A stretch of DNA of 64,000 bases from an uncultured Nitrospiraceae bacterium (GCA_963727775.1 CAVSHB010000004.1:224001-288000); one strand, 5' to 3'. Shown: positions 11,071-20,230, counted from the stretch's first letter. Notes: generated by a model not told the origin, from the letters alone. A program made the numbers and translations.

Positions 11071-11512
11071 GTGTAAGCGGGGAGATTACCGACCTGATAC
11101 CTAAGGCGGCTGAGCCGACCTTCATGCGGAGCTTGTAACTCCCCGCTTGCACCTTAGTCTCGATTAAGCAAGGTCAGGGCTCTGTTGAGACCCTCGAATT
11201 ACCAGTGTCAGGCAAGGTGCTACACCAAAGACTAAAGTGACTTCCTCCTAATGGAGATGGAAGTGAGAAGGTTGATATAAGGTTAAGTGAAAGGAGCCAA
11301 GAGGAGGCATAAAAAAGAGAAACGCCGAATCCAGGGGATACCGTAATATGGGTCATGCTGAGATAATCGATCCTATAGCTTTCTACGAAGCCGCTTTTTC
11401 AGAATTGGCTCTCAAACATGCAGAATGGATTACGTAATGAGACAAGGGATCTGGGGGCAAAGAACGAAGCAGAAACCATTGAAGCCAGGAAACCTTAGTA
11501 GTGGCTTGTCTC
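11071..11512 (+). ncRNA. Candidate IS110 bridge/seek-type guide RNA (multi-domain)
   Basis: Stems 11071-11089/11135-11152 (enclosing a 13x12-nt internal loop), 11154-11160/11229-11235, 11240-11264 and 11439-11446/11505-11512. No credible ORF; lies downstream of an IS110 transposase. Confidence 0.65.
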
Positions 11513-11543
11513 TATCAGAGGGGAGTTACTCCGTAAAAAGTTC

Positions 11544-11549
11544 TTGACA
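11544..11549 (+). promoter_or_regulatory. Outward-facing -35 hexamer TTGACA at the IS110 right end
   Basis: Pairs at 17-bp spacing with TATACT (9726-9731) in the predicted circle junction. Confidence 0.65.
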
Positions 11550-11737
11550 ATAATAAACCAGTAGAAGGTGGACTGAGCATGGTTAGAATATCGCCTCCCG
11601 CAAGTTAGTTCTAACAAAAATCATTCCTCCTTAAACTTCAAAGTAATTTCATCTGTTCTTCATAATGCTGTAACTTTGGAACTATATACTTTTTTACAAC
11701 TAATAAAATCCTGAAACTTTTCAACGGAGTGAAATTA

Positions 11738-11867
11738 ACAGAATGACGGAAAGATTTCGGCTTCGAGTTCATTCGGGATGGGCAGTAATTTTGAGGTATG
11801 GTTCCCTCTTAACCAAAGTTGGGAAGCCATCCGGGAAAAGGAAGTCCACCCTTCTGTTCCGATATAA
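11738..11867 (+). pseudogene. Histidine-kinase HATPase_c C-terminal remnant
   Basis: Manual translation QNDGKISASSSFGMGSNFEVWFPLNQ..* resembles the terminal GxIxxxSxxGxGSxFxxxxP motif. There is no start codon and an in-frame stop directly upstream. Confidence 0.55.
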
Positions 11868-11948
11868 CTGGGCAGAATGGCCCAAAAAAGTTTAGCAGTA
11901 TTTGAACCTGCAAAAACTTTTCTCAATCAGAAAGGAGTTTTTTAAATC

Positions 11949-12173
11949 ATGGCAAAAGAAATATTAAACACGAACGGTATTGCCTGGACACTTGCGATGT
12001 TCAAACTTGCGTCAAAGGCGGTTTCTATGCAGTCGGGCAACATCCTGGAAGTGGTCGGGACCAATCAGGCTTTTGAGAGGGACATCCGGACATGGTGCGA
12101 CAGGTTAAACAAAAAGCTCCTGTTTATTAAGAGTGAAAATGAAGACGGCAAGAGATGTCAGATACTGTTCTGA
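11949..12173 (+). CDS. TusA/SirA-like small protein lacking the CPxP cysteine
   Basis: 74 aa; LNTNG..., MQSGNILEVVG and FERDIRTWC match the TusA fold pattern; RBS AAGGAG. Confidence 0.65.
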   Translation: MAKEILNTNGIAWTLAMFKLASKAVSMQSGNILEVVGTNQAFERDIRTWCDRLNKKLLFIKSENEDGKRCQILF

Positions 12174-12240
12174 TTTTTTCAGCTTACGCAAATATGATTT
12201 TTGACTAATCAAATAACATCAAATTATAAGGAGAAAATTT

Positions 12241-12642
12241 ATGGAAGAAACAAAGAAAAAAGTAGTGATCATCGACGATGACGAAAAACTTCTCACAACC
12301 GCGAAAGAGTTGCTCGAAGAAGAAGGATATGACGTTGTGACACATCAGCTTGCATTCGGTGCAACAAATTTCATCAAACAAAACAAACCTGATCTTGTAT
12401 TGCTTGATATTAATATGCCGGGGCTTTCCGGAGAGAGGTTTTCCAGGATACTCCTTTCCAACTATGAAACCAAAGACATGCCCATCGTGTTCTATTCATC
12501 GAATGATGAGGACAGTCTCAGAAGAACCGTATCGGAGTATGGCGCGAGAGGCTATATCTGCAAGGGGGACATATTCGAATTGAAGAAAAAGGTTGATTTA
12601 TATATAGGCCGGCCTTCGGATACCTGCAGAGACGGAAAATGA
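12241..12642 (+). CDS. Single-domain response regulator (REC)
   Basis: IIDDD, PDLVLLDINMPG, YSS and YICK motifs. Confidence 0.92.
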   Translation: MEETKKKVVIIDDDEKLLTTAKELLEEEGYDVVTHQLAFGATNFIKQNKPDLVLLDINMPGLSGERFSRILLSNYETKDMPIVFYSSNDEDSLRRTVSEYGARGYICKGDIFELKKKVDLYIGRPSDTCRDGK

Positions 12643-14474
12643 TAGCCAGTCAGCGGTGGGACATGGATAACGGTAGGCCCGTTTCTTTCTTGAAACATAA
12701 TACGTCCAGCGAGATTGAAAGGGATGAAATTCTTGAACTTCTCGATAATAATTCTTTGACCGTCCATTTTCAGCCCATTTTTTCATCAAAATCAGGATCG
12801 GTATACGGATATGAGGCATTAACAAGGATTCAAGGGGAACATACATTTAAAGATGTAAGCGACTTGTTCGCAAAAGCCAAGCTGGCAGGGACATTGTCAT
12901 CTCTCGATTCCCTTTGTCGTGAAAATACCATCAAAGAAGCTTCGATTCTCGGTATAAACAAAAAGAATGTCAATTTGTTCATTAATATATGTCCCGAGAC
13001 TCTCACCGACCCGGCCCACAGCATGAGCATTATGGAAGAGATCGCCGAAAAATGGCACATCCCGAAAGAGAAGATTGTTCTTGAAATAACAGAAGAAGGT
13101 GCTGTACACAACTATGATTTTTTCAAGGATACCGTATCTTATTGCAAAAGCAGAGGATACAGGATAGCAATCGATGATTTCGGGTCCGGTTGCGGGGGAT
13201 TAAAAATGCTTTCGATTATCGAACCCGACTTTATAAAAATAGACCGGCATTTTATATCCAATATCAATCTATCCACGATAAAGTACAATCTCGTCGATTC
13301 TGTCGTCATTGCCTGTAACAGGATCGGTATAAAGGTGATCGCTGAAGGGATAGAACGGCAGGAAGAATTAGATACAGTCCTGAACCTGGGGATAGATCTT
13401 CTCCAGGGATATTATCTCGCTGTTCCTGAACCGGTGCTGAACAGCGTGAATTCGACAATTCCCGGGATAGTTGTGCAGAGCAAGAATGCCGATAGAGAAT
13501 ATTATCTGATAAGCGATATCTCCGGCAGAGTAGAGCCTATTCAGCCTTCAGAACCTGTTATTGCTGCATTCAAGAGGTTTACTGCCGATCCTGAACTCAA
13601 ATTATTGCCTGTTGTCGAAGGAGAGCGGATTGTCGGAATCCTGCACAGGAACAGGTTCCTGGAAAACCAGGTGATCGGCAAATACGGCTTCGGCTTCGCG
13701 TTGAACACATACAAAACCGTTGCCCATCGTATGGAACACCAGTGCCTGCTTGTAGAGGCCAATACTCCCCTGGAAGAAGTTGCGCAAAGGATCCAGTCAC
13801 GAAAATCCGCTTTTATTTATGACGATATATGCGTTACAAAGAACGGAAAGTACCACGGAACAGTTGCGCTCAGGCTGCTCCTTGACGCCCTGACCGAAAG
13901 AAACCTTATCCTTGCCAAGGGGGCCAACCCCCTCACAGGGCTTCCGGGTAATGAATTCATACAGAGGGAAGTCAGCAAAAGACTGTCGCAAAATATGTAT
14001 TTCGACGTCTGTTATATCGATATAGATAATTTCAAACCCTACAATGACCATTACGGCTTTGAAAGGGGCGATTTTGTTATCACTACTTTGGCAGGGATCA
14101 TAACTGAAGCGATAGAATCGATCAGCGCAGATAAGTTTAATTTTGTGGGGCACATAGGCGGCGATGATTTCATTATCATAGCGCGTCCGCAGATTTCAAT
14201 TCCTTCATGTGAAAAGATAATATCAAAATTCAAAGACCGCCTTATAGAATTTCACAACGCGGAAGATTATCGAAACGGATTCTACAAGTCAAAGAACAGA
14301 GCCGGTAAACTGGAAAATTTTGACTTACTGTCACTTTCCATAGGAATTGTAAGCACGGAACTGTACAAAATAGAGTCATATGCTGAGCTTGCCTCTATTG
14401 CAACAGAAGTCAAGAAAGGAGCAAAGATGCAGAAAGGCTCATCCATCGTAAGAGACAGAAGAATCGGGAAATAA
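12639..14474 (+). CDS. EAL-CBS-GGDEF c-di-GMP metabolism protein
   Basis: YEALTR, LEITE, IDDFGSG and AEGIE (EAL); LLPVVEGERIVGIL (CBS); NPLTGLPGN, DIDNFK and GGDDF (GGDEF). Confidence 0.92.
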   Translation: MIASQRWDMDNGRPVSFLKHNTSSEIERDEILELLDNNSLTVHFQPIFSSKSGSVYGYEALTRIQGEHTFKDVSDLFAKAKLAGTLSSLDSLCRENTIKEASILGINKKNVNLFINICPETLTDPAHSMSIMEEIAEKWHIPKEKIVLEITEEGAVHNYDFFKDTVSYCKSRGYRIAIDDFGSGCGGLKMLSIIEPDFIKIDRHFISNINLSTIKYNLVDSVVIACNRIGIKVIAEGIERQEELDTVLNLGIDLLQGYYLAVPEPVLNSVNSTIPGIVVQSKNADREYYLISDISGRVEPIQPSEPVIAAFKRFTADPELKLLPVVEGERIVGILHRNRFLENQVIGKYGFGFALNTYKTVAHRMEHQCLLVEANTPLEEVAQRIQSRKSAFIYDDICVTKNGKYHGTVALRLLLDALTERNLILAKGANPLTGLPGNEFIQREVSKRLSQNMYFDVCYIDIDNFKPYNDHYGFERGDFVITTLAGIITEAIESISADKFNFVGHIGGDDFIIIARPQISIPSCEKIISKFKDRLIEFHNAEDYRNGFYKSKNRAGKLENFDLLSLSIGIVSTELYKIESYAELASIATEVKKGAKMQKGSSIVRDRRIGK

Positions 14475-14559
14475 TATCTACCATATTGTTAAATTTAACC
14501 TTTCTTTCATAAATTTGTAATATCCCATTGATAAAATCTTTTACCAAAGGAGGTGAATA

Positions 14560-14772
14560 ATGAATATCTACGCAGGCTATAAAGAGCAAGCAAGACTCGG
14601 CAGCAATGAGATGGGATGTCCGTACAACGGCATTAATGTGTGTATGGCCTCATTCTCATCAATGCAAATCGATAACCGGAAAAGGGAAAATTACTGCGGA
14701 ACGGACAACTTCGACAACTGCCCCATATTCTTGTCAAAAGTATTAAGAAAAGTGGCGACGCAGGTAACATAA
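14560..14772 (+). CDS. Small 4-Cys hypothetical protein
   Basis: Strong RBS AGGAGGTG; CPY-x5-C-x17-C-x7-C pattern. Confidence 0.75.
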   Translation: MNIYAGYKEQARLGSNEMGCPYNGINVCMASFSSMQIDNRKRENYCGTDNFDNCPIFLSKVLRKVATQVT

Positions 14773-14838
14773 AATTCATCTTTTTGTAATATTCCTGTAA
14801 TAGAAGCCGTGTTACTCTATAAAAAAAGGAGTTTAATT

Positions 14839-15078
14839 ATGCACCTGGAAAGAATTTTGACAACATGTCCTTACCTGGCTGGAAGTCCTGAAGGTTCAAT
14901 ATGCCAGGCTGCAGTCACATTCGTAAGAAATATCGAGGATATCGATCCCGATAACTGCATCAGCAGACATTTTGAAATGTGCGGTATTTATATTTCCAAA
15001 CTCCAAGAGATGAATATCATTCCCACTGTTCCCAATAACGTTGCTCGTATTGTCAAAAGTTTTATAGCCAAAAACTAA
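14839..15078 (+). CDS. Small 4-Cys hypothetical protein (paralog of the previous gene)
   Basis: RBS AAGGAG before ATG 14839; CPY-x9-C-x17-C-x7-C pattern. Confidence 0.7.
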   Translation: MHLERILTTCPYLAGSPEGSICQAAVTFVRNIEDIDPDNCISRHFEMCGIYISKLQEMNIIPTVPNNVARIVKSFIAKN

Positions 15079-15332
15079 TAAAAGAACTCTTATCCAACAA
15101 ACATATAGCTTAAAATAGCTTGCCTCTCACCCTAAAAAATATTTAGGGTTGTACAAATGCGGATCGGCTTTCAATTGTGACTCACATCGGTGCTAAGCGT
15201 GAACTCCCCCAACGTCTCTAACATGTTGATTTGCCGCATGGATTCACGGCAACGTGGGTCAAACTTCGAAGCCGATCAACAGTCTGTAAAGTAAACTATT
15301 AGGAATATCTAATATTTAGACACATGGGATTT

Positions 15333-17162
15333 TCACAATGTTTCCCATAAGTATTCAAAGGCCTTATCTTCTTTCTTTAACAACTGAGTGAGTGAATCAG
15401 CAGGTAATGGAGGACTCAATAGGTCTCCCTGCATCAGGGTGTTTCCCTGCTGGTACAAAAACAAGAGTTGTTTCACAGTCTCAACACCTTCAGCAATAAC
15501 CTGTAAATTCAGATTATGCGCCAGGGAGATTATCGCGTTTATAATGGCATTATCAGCAGGGTCGATAGAAATATCCCTTATGAAAGATTTGTCGATTTTC
15601 AGTATATCGATAGGAAAACGGTTTAGATAATTCAATGAAGAGTACCCTGTCCCAAAATCATCGATTGAGATTTGAACCCCCATGGATTTGAGTTCCTTCA
15701 AACGTGTTATTGCCTGATCAGTTGTATCCATTAAGATGCTTTCTGTGAGCTCTAACTCAAGGCAGTGCGGATCCAAATCGGTGCTATTGAGGGCGTGCTG
15801 TACGGTTTTCACAAAGCTTTTCTGTTTGAACTGAAGGCCAGAGATATTCACTGTCACACGTATTTTTTTATGCCCTGCTTCTTGCCAGGATTTGTTTTGT
15901 TGACAGGCAGTCTGCAAAACCCATTCTCCGATAGGAAGAATATAACCTGTCTCTTCAGCTAATGGAATGAAAGATGCCGCTGAAAGTAACCCCTTCTCAG
16001 GATGATTCCAGCGTAAGAGCGCTTCTACTCCGACAATTTCCCTTTTTTTGATATTAAGTTGGGGCTGATAATATAGCTGTAACTCTCTGTTATCAGATGC
16101 TTTGCGCAATTGATGCTCAATAGAGAACCTTTCGACAGTTATGGCGTTCATGGATTCTGTATAAAATTGGAAATTATTTCTTCCATTTCTTTTGGCATGA
16201 TACATCGCAGTATCAGCATTCTTTAGAAGGGAGGTCGCATTCTCACCGTTATGGGGAAACACAGCAATCCCAATACTGAAACTCACAAACATTTCATGGC
16301 CTTGCACTTTAAAGGATTCAGAAAATAATTCAAGGATACGTTGTGCCACTATGCTTGTATCTCGTATGTGTCTGATCTCCGTCAGCAGTATTGTAAACTC
16401 ATCTCCTCCTAAACGAGCTACAGTATTTCTTATATCACTCTCCTTTACACGTGCGACGGTATCACTCTTCCGCACATATTGCAACAATCGCTTTGCGATT
16501 TGCTGCAGTAGTTTATCTCCGATATCATGACCGAGCGTATCATTAATGCGTTTAAACTGGTCAAGGTCAAGAAACAGTACGGCCATTTGCCGGTTATATT
16601 TCTTTGCAGATTCAATTGCCTGTGTCACGCGGTCTTTCAATAAATAACGGTTGGGAAGCTTGGTCAATGTGTCATGGTATGCCAGATGGACAATTTTTTC
16701 TTCTGATTTTTTATGGTAAGTGATATCTTCACATGTTGTAACAATGCCTATAGGCTGTCCCTTGGTGTTCTTGACTACATCAGACATTAGTCTTACAGAA
16801 AAGAGACTGTTATCTTTCCGCTTGTTGATGCTTTCCCGTTTCCACCTATTTATCGCTGTGAAATTGTCTTTTGTAATCGGATGCCAGAGTTTGGAAGGAG
16901 CAAACATTTTTACGTTTTTGCCGATCAATTCTTTCACCTTATACCCATGCATGTCTGCGTCTGCCGGATTGGTATACAGAACATTTCCCTGCAGGTCAGT
17001 AACGGTAACACCGAGCTGCATGGTTTCTAATGCCTTCTTAAAGAAACGGAGAGATTCGTTCGTCTTTTTGAATTTATCTTTTATTGATCCGAGTCTTTGA
17101 AGATGATTCTGTAATTCTGATAACTCACTTAGTAGTTGGGATTTGTTTTTTTTATCTTTCAT
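15333..17162 (-). CDS. PAS-GGDEF-EAL diguanylate cyclase/phosphodiesterase
   Basis: PAS/PAC (CEDIT), HDTLTKLPNR, RLGGDEF, YYQPQ, VEALLRW, DDFGTGYSSL and AEGVE. Confidence 0.95.
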   Translation of the reverse strand: MKDKKNKSQLLSELSELQNHLQRLGSIKDKFKKTNESLRFFKKALETMQLGVTVTDLQGNVLYTNPADADMHGYKVKELIGKNVKMFAPSKLWHPITKDNFTAINRWKRESINKRKDNSLFSVRLMSDVVKNTKGQPIGIVTTCEDITYHKKSEEKIVHLAYHDTLTKLPNRYLLKDRVTQAIESAKKYNRQMAVLFLDLDQFKRINDTLGHDIGDKLLQQIAKRLLQYVRKSDTVARVKESDIRNTVARLGGDEFTILLTEIRHIRDTSIVAQRILELFSESFKVQGHEMFVSFSIGIAVFPHNGENATSLLKNADTAMYHAKRNGRNNFQFYTESMNAITVERFSIEHQLRKASDNRELQLYYQPQLNIKKREIVGVEALLRWNHPEKGLLSAASFIPLAEETGYILPIGEWVLQTACQQNKSWQEAGHKKIRVTVNISGLQFKQKSFVKTVQHALNSTDLDPHCLELELTESILMDTTDQAITRLKELKSMGVQISIDDFGTGYSSLNYLNRFPIDILKIDKSFIRDISIDPADNAIINAIISLAHNLNLQVIAEGVETVKQLLFLYQQGNTLMQGDLLSPPLPADSLTQLLKKEDKAFEYLWETL

Positions 17163-17415
17163 GCATTTTGTAATATTCTGTTTGTATTTTTTGAATAAAA
17201 TTGTTGGGAAGATAGGTAAAATTACCTATCTATCTCAGGAATTTGTTTTAGATATTATTGTACCAATTATATATATATTCAGAAAATATATATGCAGTTT
17301 ATCCAGGCCTTTTAATGTTTTACTTTCCCTTCATAATGAGCAGAGGATAGAACTCTTGTCAGTGTGGACTTCTTCTCTAAATTCCTCATTTTCTTTTTTA
17401 AACTTCTATTTAAGT

Positions 17416-18780
17416 GGCGCATCTGGGTTCTTCATGGGTCTATGCAATATATAGTGGTTTGAGTATCCTATGTTCATGGATGAAAAAGTGTTTTATACAA
17501 AGATATTGGGAATCAAGCTGCCTTGGTTTGTAAAACAGGTTATTATGGACGAAGCAACTCAGCGAATCGACATTTATATGGAGCATGAGAAAGATATACG
17601 CGTCAGGTGTCCGGAATGTGGTGCGTTTTACGGCATGTACGATCACGCACCTGAGCGCGTTTATCGTCATTTGAACACCTGCCAAATGGAAACCTACATT
17701 CATGTTCGGCCACCGCGAGTAAACTGCCCTACGCATGGAGTTAAGCAGATAGAATCGGCGGTTGGTGAGAACGGCTCGGATATGAGTCATGCCTTTGAGA
17801 GTCTGGTCATTCGTGTTGCTCAAGAGTGCAGCATCGAGGGTACGGCCCGGCTTTGTGGATTGAGTTGGGATAAAGGATGGAATGCTCTGGAGCGAGCGGT
17901 TAATCGTGGTCGCGGACGCAAGGTGCATCGCATCCCAAGCCGTATCGGAGTGGATGAGAAGTCCATTGCGAAGGGACACAAATACGAGTCTCTGGTTTAC
18001 GATCTTGATGCAGGGACTGTTGAGTTTGTATGGGATGATCGTGGCCAGGAAAGTCTTGAAAGCTATTACCGACAGTTTAGCAAGGAAGAACTGTCTGACG
18101 TTAAAGCTGTGGCAATGGACATGTGGGACCCGTATATTGCGGCTACAAAAGCTTATGTACCTGGTGCGGAAAGGAAAATCGTCTTTGATCGTTTTCATGT
18201 GATGAAGCATGTTCTGGCTGCGGTGGATGAGGTCAGAAAGAGCGAACATCGTGAACTTTCGGAGTGCGGAGAGCAAACTTTGAAGGGAACCAGATATCTG
18301 TGGTTGTGGAGCGAGGAGAATATTCCATCGTGGCGACGTGGAGAGTTTGAGGCATTGCGAGCCAAAGACTTGCAGATATGCCGGGCGTGGGCTATAAAAG
18401 AGAACCTTCGGCATCTGTGGGAGTATCGGTATGAGGCCCATATGAGAAACTATTTCAAGCGCTGGTATTTTTGGGCGACTCATTCTCGACTTGAGCCTAT
18501 TAAGAAAGCGGCTAAGACGGTTAAGTCCCATATAGACAATATCGTTACTTACGCACGGCATCGCATTACCAACGCCTTGGGCGAGGCAATCAACGGCAAG
18601 ATTGAGAAAGTTAAACGAATGGCTTGTGGTTTTCGCAATCGCTCCCATTATAGAACCGCCATTTATTTTCATTGCGGCGGACTGGACTTGTTTCCCAAAC
18701 CGCCTGCTCAACCAACACTATGCTTTCGAGCAACTTAAACACTATCTGTTGGGGGTATCCATTAAAATGTCTGTTCCGGC
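17416..18780 (+). mobile_element. ISL3-family element (1365 bp)
   Basis: 8-bp AT-rich duplication ATTTAAGT at 17408-17415 and 18781-18788; weak terminal IRs. Confidence 0.88.
17470..18738 (+). CDS. ISL3-family transposase
   Basis: CPECG..CPTHG zinc finger, IGVDE, MDMW..Y, DRFHV, TNALGEAINGKI and GFRN. Confidence 0.95.
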   Translation: MFMDEKVFYTKILGIKLPWFVKQVIMDEATQRIDIYMEHEKDIRVRCPECGAFYGMYDHAPERVYRHLNTCQMETYIHVRPPRVNCPTHGVKQIESAVGENGSDMSHAFESLVIRVAQECSIEGTARLCGLSWDKGWNALERAVNRGRGRKVHRIPSRIGVDEKSIAKGHKYESLVYDLDAGTVEFVWDDRGQESLESYYRQFSKEELSDVKAVAMDMWDPYIAATKAYVPGAERKIVFDRFHVMKHVLAAVDEVRKSEHRELSECGEQTLKGTRYLWLWSEENIPSWRRGEFEALRAKDLQICRAWAIKENLRHLWEYRYEAHMRNYFKRWYFWATHSRLEPIKKAAKTVKSHIDNIVTYARHRITNALGEAINGKIEKVKRMACGFRNRSHYRTAIYFHCGGLDLFPKPPAQPTLCFRAT

Positions 18781-19813
18781 ATTTAAGTTTCTTTCAACAA
18801 ACCATACCATACAACTCTTCAAGATCTTTCACCTTCTTCTTGAGTTCTTCTTCACTTTTGTGTAACGCTTCCACTGCTTGTTTGCGTGCCGTCATGTCTA
18901 AAAGGGTGGCGGTCCTTTTTTACCTCCAGGAACCATATCAACTGTTAAAAGGATATCTTTAACATTTCCATCTCTATCTTTGAAACGAAACTCATAACTC
19001 TTGGGGGCTATATCAGGTTCAAGATTTCTCAAACGATGATACTCCTTCATTCGATCAAGATCATTTTCAAAAACGAAATCTATCCATTTCTTTTTACCTA
19101 CAACTTCTTCCTTAGAGTAACCAGAGAGTTTTTCAGCTTTCTATTTATCATGGAAATAGTCATGTTTTCTTCGAAAACTATTGTAGCTGTGCCGGCATTT
19201 TCGAAAACATTATGATAGTTTTCTACCGATTTTGTTAACTCCTCAATTTTTTCAGTTGCTCTTTTGTCTTATCTTGATCTATCATCTTTTTTACCTTCTA
19301 CAAATACTAAATATGAGTAGAAGTATATCATGTTTTTATAAATCTAACTTTTGAAGAGGAAGTTATTGTGATATAAAAATTGTAACCAAATTGTAACCAA
19401 GAATATCCTAAAAGGTCTTAAATGGCAGAAAATATCTTAAATAATAGAATCATGTTGTCCCTAAATCGGGAAGGTACACCCCAAATAAGGAGGAAAAGCG
19501 GGTGGAATTATTGAAAACTACCCCCCTCCTCCCTCGTGTCGACAGGATCCTCTGTGGCGATAGAATTCAAAATAACACTCCGGGAAAGACGAATTCGCCT
19601 CCTTTCAGGCTTGGTCGGAAGCGGTCAATATAGTTGACAAGTTTCCCTATTTGCCACGGTTTTTGAATCAGCCATCCATATCTTCAGGCCAGTGTTTTGT
19701 CCTCTTTGGAGTGTTTCATTTTTTGATGAACGCTTAATCCTTCCCGCCCCGGTACATTACTTGCTTAGAATGTATTCAATGCAACAATATTCCTTATGGA
19801 AGGAGGTGATTTC

Positions 19814-20170
19814 ATGAAGAAGGCATTAGCTATTATCGTATCACTTCTCTTTGTTCTCAGTGTCGTGGGACTCTCTTCTGCAGAAGAGAAGAAACATGCA
19901 AAGAAGGCGCTGCATGTTACCGGTGAGGTGACAGCAGTTGATGCAACTGCAAAGACCCTTACCATAAAAGGTAAGGAGGGCGAAGTTTTGCTCACTACTA
20001 CTGACAAGACCAAGTTTGCCAAAGGGAAGACCCTCGCTGACGTAAAAGTTGGCGACAAGTTGACCGCCAAGTACTCAGAGAAAGACGGCAAGATGGTGGT
20101 ATGGAAAGTCATGACGAAGGAAGAGATGAAGGAGCTGAAGAAGGAGTCTAAGGAGAAAGAAAAGAAGTAA
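19814..20170 (+). CDS. Small exported beta-rich (OB-fold-like) protein
   Basis: RBS AGGAGG, signal peptide MKKALAII..SSA, and GEVTAVD..TLTI..TK..DVKVGDKLTAKY pattern. Confidence 0.75.
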   Translation: MKKALAIIVSLLFVLSVVGLSSAEEKKHAKKALHVTGEVTAVDATAKTLTIKGKEGEVLLTTTDKTKFAKGKTLADVKVGDKLTAKYSEKDGKMVVWKVMTKEEMKELKKESKEKEKK

Positions 20171-20191
20171 TTTATATTCTCATTTTTTATG

Positions 20192-20230
20192 AGGGGGCGT
20201 CGTTTCGTTATTGCGGCGCCCTTTTGTTTT
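20192..20230 (+). terminator. Probable intrinsic terminator
   Basis: GGGGCGTCG..CGGCGCCCT hairpin followed by TTTGTTTT, downstream of 20170. Confidence 0.6.

Larger units (their letters stand above)
9722..11564 (+). mobile_element. IS110-family element (ends inferred; AG core, alternative AGAAGG core gives 9719-11568)
   Basis: Transposase plus long 3' non-coding region. AGAAGG occurs at both 9719-9724 and 11563-11568. Joining the ends at AG yields TTGACA-N17-TATACT. Confidence 0.75.
17331..19285 (-). pseudogene. PAS-domain protein, frameshifted and split by ISL3
   Basis: Manual translation across frames: MIDQDKTKEQL / YHNVFENAGTATIVFEENMTISMIN / KAEKLSGYSKEEVVGK / KWIDFVFENDLDRMKEYH..SYEFRFKDRDG / LLDMTARKQAVEALHKSEEEL, continuing beyond the IS. 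Confidence 0.75.

Noticed and set aside
17440..18711. 423-aa antisense ORF over the ISL3 transposase
   Set aside because: It is in exact codon register with the transposase, so it only reflects absence of TTA/CTA/TCA sense codons; no recognisable motifs.
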